This document shows positions 26,668 to 31,423 of a stretch of DNA of 31,423 bases, one piece after another. The stretch's first letter is position 1. The number at the start of each line of letters is the position of its first letter. Source of the DNA: a virus (lineage: Duplodnaviria; Caudoviricetes). The stretch spans positions 1 through 31,423 of the IMG/VR virus record IMGVR_UViG_3300049141_000034; one strand, 5' to 3'. The notes below the pieces were generated by a model that was not told the DNA's origin, ran no database searches, and saw only the letters and a list, made by a program, of their open reading frames with translations. Position numbers and translations under genes: made by a program.

Positions 26668-26793
26668 ATGAACGACGAGACGCCGCAGCCGGACGACGAC
26701 TTCCCCGACGTGATGGCCGACGAGTGCGAGATGCCCACCGTCGGCGACTACCGCCTCTCGACACGCCCCGGCACTGTCAGTGGCGGCTCGTAG
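26668..26793 (+). CDS. Possible small acidic peptide
   Basis: ATG after a CATGCT -10-like hexamer (possibly leaderless); weak support. Confidence 0.25.
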   Translation: MNDETPQPDDDFPDVMADECEMPTVGDYRLSTRPGTVSGGS

Positions 26794-26796
26794 AGT
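26775..26796 (+). promoter_or_regulatory. PafBC/RecA-NDp-like promoter
   Basis: TGTCAG-N10-TAGAGT. Confidence 0.5.
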
Positions 26797-26841
26797 GGCC
26801 GGACAACACAAGCCCTTCTAGCAAGGGTCTGCACTGCTGGT

Positions 26842-26871
26842 CGCCCCGCCCGTACAGCGCCGGACGGGGCG
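26842..26871. terminator. Terminator hairpin between convergent units
   Basis: CGCCCCGCCCG...CGGACGGGGCG. Confidence 0.6.
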
Positions 26872-26887
26872 CGCTGCTGTCAGGCCC

Positions 26888-27064
26888 CTACGCGGCCGTC
26901 GTGACGTCCCCCTGCTCCACCCTCCGCAGCTCGGCCAGCAGCCGCCGGTACTCCTCCCGCTGGTCATCCGTCAGCCGCGCATCCCGGTGCGCGAACAGCG
27001 CGCGGATCGCCGCGTTCAGCTCATCGGCAGACCGCGGCACGTCCGGCGGGGGAGAGGTGGACAT
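26888..27064 (-). CDS. Small helical protein (58 aa), leaderless
   Basis: MSTSPPPDVPRSADELNAAIRALF...EEYRRLLAE...VTTAA; ATG 7 nt after TAGACT. Confidence 0.6.
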   Translation of the reverse strand: MSTSPPPDVPRSADELNAAIRALFAHRDARLTDDQREEYRRLLAELRRVEQGDVTTAA

Positions 27065-27071
27065 GGCGGCC

Positions 27072-27093
27072 AGTCTAGGAGTCGGGTCTGACA
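27072..27093 (-). promoter_or_regulatory. PafBC/RecA-NDp-like promoter
   Basis: TGTCAG-N10-TAGACT on the minus strand, followed by a leaderless ATG. Confidence 0.55.
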
Positions 27094-27098
27094 GCGGG

Positions 27099-27359
27099 CT
27101 ATGAGCTGGGCGGCTGCCCCACGTAGGTGCCGCGGCCCTGCACCGTCCACACCGCGCCCTCCTCGGCGAGCACAGCGATCGCGCGCCGCACAGTCGACCG
27201 GGCCAGCCCGTACTCCTGCACCAGCCGCGTCTCGCTGGCGATCGGCCGACCCTCCGCCCAGTCCCCGCGCGCGATCCGCGCCTTGAGGATCTCGGCGAGC
27301 TGCCGGTACGGCGTCACGGGGCCCTCGTGGTCGATCTCAGCGTCAGGATCAGCGGCCAT
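27099..27359 (-). CDS. GntR-family winged-HTH regulator (DNA-binding domain only)
   Basis: YRQLAEIL..RI..G...PIASE..L...YGLARSTVRRAI..L..EG.V...GRGTYV. Confidence 0.88.
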   Translation of the reverse strand: MAADPDAEIDHEGPVTPYRQLAEILKARIARGDWAEGRPIASETRLVQEYGLARSTVRRAIAVLAEEGAVWTVQGRGTYVGQPPSS

Positions 27360-27517
27360 GATCCGAAGCTAGACAGGCCCCTACAGGGCAGCATCTTCAG
27401 CTACGTATCGATACGTTGCGAGACAGGGCGATACAAGTGGGTATCGTGAAATTGCACAGACCCCCGCGACCGCGCGACCGGCCCGGGGGCATGGCCCACG
27501 CTGCAAGGAGCGTCGAC

Positions 27518-27760
27518 GTGGACGAGCCTACGAACCTCCCGCCCCCGCCGAGAAGTTACCCGCCGCGGCCCCTTGTCGCCGCCGCCAGCCGCCTCAGCCC
27601 CCTCCAGCAGGCCTACAGCGACTACACCCGACACGCCAGCAGTTGCCTCGTCTGCCGCGACGTCGACGCCGGCCCGTGCCCGAGCGCGGAGCGGCTGTGG
27701 AAGGCGTACCGGGCGATAGGCGACGACGCCTGCGGTCAGGTAGCCGACGGGGCCCGGTGA
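27518..27760 (+). CDS. Small Cys/His protein divergent from GntR
   Basis: AAGGAG RBS and GTG; H...C..C.......C motif. Confidence 0.55.
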   Translation: MDEPTNLPPPPRSYPPRPLVAAASRLSPLQQAYSDYTRHASSCLVCRDVDAGPCPSAERLWKAYRAIGDDACGQVADGAR

Positions 27761-27918
27761 GCCCCGGCGTAACCGGTCGTCCGACCGGTTACCTGAAGGA
27801 ACGTTTGGCCAGTGCTTGACCTGCGGTTATGAAACCGTTCCCACTGCACACAAGTCCCTTACATATATGCGAGACGCATCTTGCGGTGATCGTGTGCGCG
27901 TAGTTGTCTGTTGACAAG

Positions 27919-28164
27919 TCAGGGCGGCCAGTTGAGGAGGTCGGACACCGGTATGCCAATGACGCGGGCAATGCGGAGCAGGGTGTCGAGGGTCGGGTTA
28001 GCCTCGCCGGCCTCGATCTGCTGATAGAAGGCCCGGTTCAGCGGCACCGCAAGGAAGACTCGTTCCTGAGTGAGGTCGTGGTCTAAGCGGGCCTCGCGGA
28101 TGCACCTGCCGATACGTCGGCGCTCTTGGCGGAGCCAGTCGTCGTCGGGCGGGTCGGTTTGCAC
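27919..28164 (-). CDS. XRE-family HTH regulator
   Basis: IREARL...LTQE...YQQIEAGEANPTLDTLLRIARVIG; GTG start at 28164. Confidence 0.85.
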   Translation of the reverse strand: MQTDPPDDDWLRQERRRIGRCIREARLDHDLTQERVFLAVPLNRAFYQQIEAGEANPTLDTLLRIARVIGIPVSDLLNWPP

Positions 28165-28188
28165 TCGACAAACGCTCTGACCTGCATG

Positions 28189-28210
28189 ATCATAAGTCAG
28201 CCTGCTGACA
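28189..28210 (-). promoter_or_regulatory. PafBC/RecA-NDp-like promoter for the XRE gene
   Basis: TGTCAG-N10-TATGAT on the minus strand. Confidence 0.5.
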
Positions 28211-28315
28211 GCAGGCTTTCTGTGATCTTGATCGCCAGCCCTGGATGGCGCGGTGAGGGCTCCAGCCCTGCGGCGACCTGGCATATGCCGCAGGGCTCGA
28301 TGTAGTGTCCAGGAA

Positions 28316-28331
28316 TCGAACACATGTTCAC
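28316..28331 (+). promoter_or_regulatory. SOS (LexA) box
   Basis: TCGAAC-ACAT-GTTCAC just downstream of -10-like TAGTGT (28303-28308). Confidence 0.65.
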
Positions 28332-28433
28332 CCAAAGGGGTGAACCGCCAGATGGGCCTGCGTGCTCCTCATCAAAGCGGGCACCAGCGCAACACCCCCC
28401 ACGCACCCAGCCGGCCGCACCATGGGAGAGAGC

Positions 28434-28673
28434 ATGAACCGCGAGCAGGTCCTCAACCTGTACGACTGGGCGCCAGGGGTCTGCTTCAGGCACCCCTCCA
28501 GAGGCCAGGTGCAGACGACCGTCGTCGGCGTCATCCACCCGCAGGCCGACGGCGAGCGCGAGGTGCGCGGCTGCGAGGAATGCGTCATCACCATGGAGGA
28601 CGTAAGGCGTGAGGCGGCGGCCCGGTCGGGGAGCGAGTACACGCCGGGACACCTCGGCAAGTGCTTGGGGTAG
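28434..28673 (+). CDS. Small putative Zn-binding protein
   Basis: GGGAGAG RBS; CFRH...CEEC motif. Confidence 0.55.
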   Translation: MNREQVLNLYDWAPGVCFRHPSRGQVQTTVVGVIHPQADGEREVRGCEECVITMEDVRREAAARSGSEYTPGHLGKCLG

Positions 28674-28713
28674 GGCATTCCGCCAGGTCGCCAGCGGTCC
28701 CCAGGGCGGAATC

Positions 28714-28732
28714 CTGGGGAGCATCTGGGGAG
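28714..28732 (+). repeat. Integrase arm-type site (left arm)
   Basis: CTGGGGAGCATCTGGGGAG, 18/19 identical to 29058-29076. Confidence 0.65.
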
Positions 28733-28861
28733 TGGGGTTGACAGGGGGAGTGAACGGGGAGAACTAGAAGCGCCATTCGGTACCACCCGACACCATTCAC
28801 GGCCACCCAAAACCACCAGTTCAGAGGCGCAGGGGAGCGGTCGAGCGTCATCGCCGCAGAC

Positions 28862-28972
28862 CGCACGGCACTCGCCTGGCAGAACACCGCCTACAACCAA
28901 CCGCCGCACCCGAGCTTCTTCATCGGCAACGGGATGCCGACGGCACCCAGGCCGACCGTCTACACCCCGTGA
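28862..28972 (+). other. attP region: 3' fragment of a host rhamnogalacturonan lyase (PL11, YesW/YesX-like) gene
   Basis: Translates RTALAWQNTAYNQPPHPSFFIGNGMPTAPRPTVYTP*, the PL11 C-terminal motif; no start codon; between arm repeats next to the integrase. Confidence 0.8.
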
Positions 28973-29003
28973 GCTGGGCAAACAGCCTCAGCGACTGAGT
29001 TAC

Positions 29004-29040
29004 TGAAGTGGCCACTCCGCAGGTGCGGGCGGCCACTTCA
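29004..29040. terminator. Bidirectional terminator between the replacement gene end and the integrase
   Basis: TGAAGTGGCC...GGCCACTTCA stem. Confidence 0.7.
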
Positions 29041-30390
29041 CTCATGATCATTCAGTGCTGGGGAGGATCTGGGGAGATCCATTTCAGGAGACTCCGCTTC
29101 GGGCCCGGCGAGCTCGCCGGCCATGAAGCGGCCGATCGCCGAACGCCCCCTTGCCCCGGACTTCGGCATGAAGTGCACGTAAGTCCGCAGCGTGAACGCC
29201 GGATCGTGATGCCCGAGCCAGGCAGCCAACTGCGTAATGCTCTCACCCTCGGCCAGGACGACGCTAGCGAAGGTGTGGCGCAGCACATGGAAGCCGAACT
29301 GACGCGGCATGTCCCACTCCTCCTTGCGCCACGGCTTCGCTCCACGCTTCGGCTCCACCCAGGTAACCTCGGGCGGCTCGATCAGGCCGACGTCCCTCAG
29401 CGCGGGCTTCCACTGCCGGTCGTTGAAGGTGTCGCGAGTGACCGCGCCGCCGTTCACGCCATTGGTGAACTGAGTGGTGACCAGCAGGCGCACCGTCTTC
29501 GGTGGCCTTTCCTGCCAGGACAGGTTGGGCCGGTCCGGATCTACCCAGGGCAATGTCACTTCGACAGTGGCGAATCGGTTGGCGTGCTCCTTGATGGCCT
29601 CGGCGAGTTCGGGCGCACAGGGCGCGACGCGCTCCTTGTTGCCCTTCGGCGGGCCGAACGCGAACCGGCCCTTCACTTTGATGATCTGCCGGACCACGTT
29701 GATGTCCTCGCCGTCGACATCGTCCGGAGAGAAGGCGAACGCCTCGCCTTGCCGCAGGCCGGCGCCGACCGCCAGGTCAGCCAGAATCCGGTACCGCTCC
29801 GGCAGCGCCAGCCGCACGGCCCGCACCGTCTCCTGACTCCAGGCGAGTGCCTTCGACTTGGGCAGGCGCGGGGCCTTCAGGTCGTCATCCCGGAAAGGGT
29901 TGGCCGCGATGCGCTTCGCCTTGTGGGCGGCCTGCAGGATGGTCGAGAAGTGGGCGCGGGTGACAACGAGGGTTCCGACGTCGATGTCCTGCTCGGCGCG
30001 CGTCTGCCAGGCACGGATCTCCTCGAAGCCGATCCGGTTCAATGGCAGCGATCCGACGTGAGGCAGGATGTGGTTGGAGACCTTCGACCACACGGACGCG
30101 CGCGTTGTCGGAGGGTACCGGGTAGTCGGCCACCAGTACTGGTGGACGTAGTCGGAGAGGCTGATCGAGCCGTCGCGCGGGTCATACCACTCGCCCCGGC
30201 CGCTGTCGGTCTGGGCGTCGGCGAGCCACTTCTTTGCGAGAGTCAGCTTGCCGTCGGGGAATGAGCGGGATCGCACGCCGGGGATGCCGGTGACCTTGTA
30301 CCGCTTCCCCTGCCCGTGCCGTTCGGTGGGGATGTTGCGCTTGCCGTCCGGACCCTTCTTGTACCAGCGGTCCTCGATGTATCCCGGCAC
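29038..30390 (-). CDS. int: Tyrosine integrase
   Basis: GTG start; YIEDRW arm-binding N-terminus; AGLRQGEA, PKG, FHVLRHTFAS, LGH and TLRTYVH motifs. Confidence 0.95.
   Translation of the reverse strand: MPGYIEDRWYKKGPDGKRNIPTERHGQGKRYKVTGIPGVRSRSFPDGKLTLAKKWLADAQTDSGRGEWYDPRDGSISLSDYVHQYWWPTTRYPPTTRASVWSKVSNHILPHVGSLPLNRIGFEEIRAWQTRAEQDIDVGTLVVTRAHFSTILQAAHKAKRIAANPFRDDDLKAPRLPKSKALAWSQETVRAVRLALPERYRILADLAVGAGLRQGEAFAFSPDDVDGEDINVVRQIIKVKGRFAFGPPKGNKERVAPCAPELAEAIKEHANRFATVEVTLPWVDPDRPNLSWQERPPKTVRLLVTTQFTNGVNGGAVTRDTFNDRQWKPALRDVGLIEPPEVTWVEPKRGAKPWRKEEWDMPRQFGFHVLRHTFASVVLAEGESITQLAAWLGHHDPAFTLRTYVHFMPKSGARGRSAIGRFMAGELAGPEAESPEMDLPRSSPALNDHE
29058..29076 (+). repeat. Integrase arm-type site (right arm), inside the int 3' end
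   Basis: CTGGGGAGGATCTGGGGAG. Confidence 0.65.
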
Positions 30391-30406
30391 GGCCGCCCCC
30401 GTTCGT

Positions 30407-30850
30407 TCAGATGTGGCTTGGCTCGGGAGGACTATTGTCGATGATCTCCCCCTCGTAGAGCTGGAACCACTGGCCACCGGCAAGGAAGTCGCGGGTGGTT
30501 GGGTTCATGGCGGCGGCGAAGCCGGCCGTGTCCAAAGTGGGGTCGATGTAGACGGTGACGAGGCCCTTGCGTTCTTCGACGCAGGCGCCGTCGGGCTCCT
30601 TCATCTCGAGCAGGTACTCGATCCGAAGGGGGCGATCCGGAGTATCGCGGGAGACGATCTCGTCCTTCCACAACTGGAACCAATGGGCGGAGGACATGAG
30701 TCGCTCGATCTCGATGTTCAGCTGCCGCACCACGTCGGCGAGCGGCTGGGTCTTGTCCAGGCGGACCCGTATCTGTCCGCGGTCTTCGTCGATCTTCGCA
30801 AGTCTGCCCGGCGGCAGGTCAGTAACGGCTTCGTAGGTGACGTCCAGCAT
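30407..30850 (-). CDS. Hypothetical protein with internal duplication, between repressor and int
   Basis: Two halves ending WFQLWKDEI and WFQLYEGEI. Confidence 0.7.
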   Translation of the reverse strand: MLDVTYEAVTDLPPGRLAKIDEDRGQIRVRLDKTQPLADVVRQLNIEIERLMSSAHWFQLWKDEIVSRDTPDRPLRIEYLLEMKEPDGACVEERKGLVTVYIDPTLDTAGFAAAMNPTTRDFLAGGQWFQLYEGEIIDNSPPEPSHI

Positions 30851-31007
30851 CCGTCCTCCCCATGTGCAACGGTGCACTCCGAGCCAGTTCGGCCTGAAGT
30901 GCACTGTTGGTGAAGGGTACGTCTACTGAGAGTCGTCAACAACCCGCTACGGAATTGTCTACTTACGGACATTCGCGATCGGGTGACCCGCATCGCGGGG
31001 CGGCCTG

Positions 31008-31421
31008 CTACTCGTCGGCCTCACGCTTGGCGCGCTCCTCGGCCTCGATCATGTAGCGCCACCGCATCAGCTCCGCCCTCGACTTGCCCGCGAGGTGGCC
31101 GACGATGATGCGGACTTCCTCGTCGTAGCCCGCAAGCTCGGTCGCCTCGTACTGAAGCCACTGCTTGGCGGCAGCTTCCTGGATGCGCCGGTACGGCTTG
31201 TTCAAGGCGGCGGCCAGGGCGCGCATCTGGATGGGGTCGGGCGGGCTGGCTGGCGGGTTCTTGACCAGCTTCTGAAAGTACTGCCAGGAGATGGCGTCCC
31301 CGGTCTCCGGGTCGACGGCGCGTTCGCCGAGGCGGCGCAGGGAGATGCCTGTGTCGAGTGTGTCCTGAACGAGTTGGGAAAGCGCGCCCAGGGGGGAGGT
31401 GGGCGCGGCGGACTCGACGTC
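31008..31421 (-). CDS. Probable immunity repressor (XRE-like), 5' end beyond the window
   Basis: Frame open to the window edge: LSQLV...GISLRRLGERAVDPETG..ISWQYFQKL...MRALAAAL; co-oriented upstream of int. Confidence 0.7.
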   Translation of the reverse strand, partial: DVESAAPTSPLGALSQLVQDTLDTGISLRRLGERAVDPETGDAISWQYFQKLVKNPPASPPDPIQMRALAAALNKPYRRIQEAAAKQWLQYEATELAGYDEEVRIIVGHLAGKSRAELMRWRYMIEAEERAKREADE

Positions 31422-31423
31422 GG

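Larger units (their letters stand above)
1..31423. mobile_element. Temperate siphovirus of an actinomycete (Streptomyces-like), left part of genome with intact attP
   Basis: Canonical siphovirus order from terminase to tail and lysis, followed by attP, integrase and repressor; high GC; actinobacterial SOS boxes. Confidence 0.95.

Noticed and set aside
22507-26871. GCCCCG...CGGGGC hairpins as integron-like attC sites
   Set aside because: Their positions after stop codons fit ordinary Streptomyces terminators; no shared core or extrahelical-base pattern seen
28700-29040. tRNA-derived attP core
   Set aside because: No T-arm or CCA-like sequence; the PL11 fragment explains the region
29008-30264. 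418-aa plus-strand ORF
   Set aside because: Antisense shadow of the integrase

Overview
High-GC (Streptomyces-like) temperate siphophage, probably the left ~31 kb of an excised or packaged genome, because attP appears intact. Gene order: terminase small/large, portal, MuF-like protein, scaffold, major capsid, a glycosyltransferase coupled to the capsid gene, head-tail connectors (interrupted by an antisense DUF4429-like gene), major tail, frameshifted tail chaperones, tape measure with an NlpC/P60-like end, minor tail proteins and an amidase/holin lysis cassette. An accessory region follows (22.5-28.7 kb): a lipoprotein, an HTH-controlled promoter reading into a ~220-nt structured non-coding segment, small Zn-finger genes, a second Cre-like tyrosine recombinase, a mini-LexA, and GntR and XRE regulators with SOS-box and PafBC-like motifs. 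The window ends with attP (carrying the 3' end of a host PL11 rhamnogalacturonan lyase gene), the integrase and a truncated immunity repressor. Best leads: the candidate structured ncRNA module, probable virion glycosylation on C-terminal serines, the PL11-targeting attP, and competing RNA pairings around the major tail gene. All product calls rest on motif recognition and synteny by eye; no searches were run.
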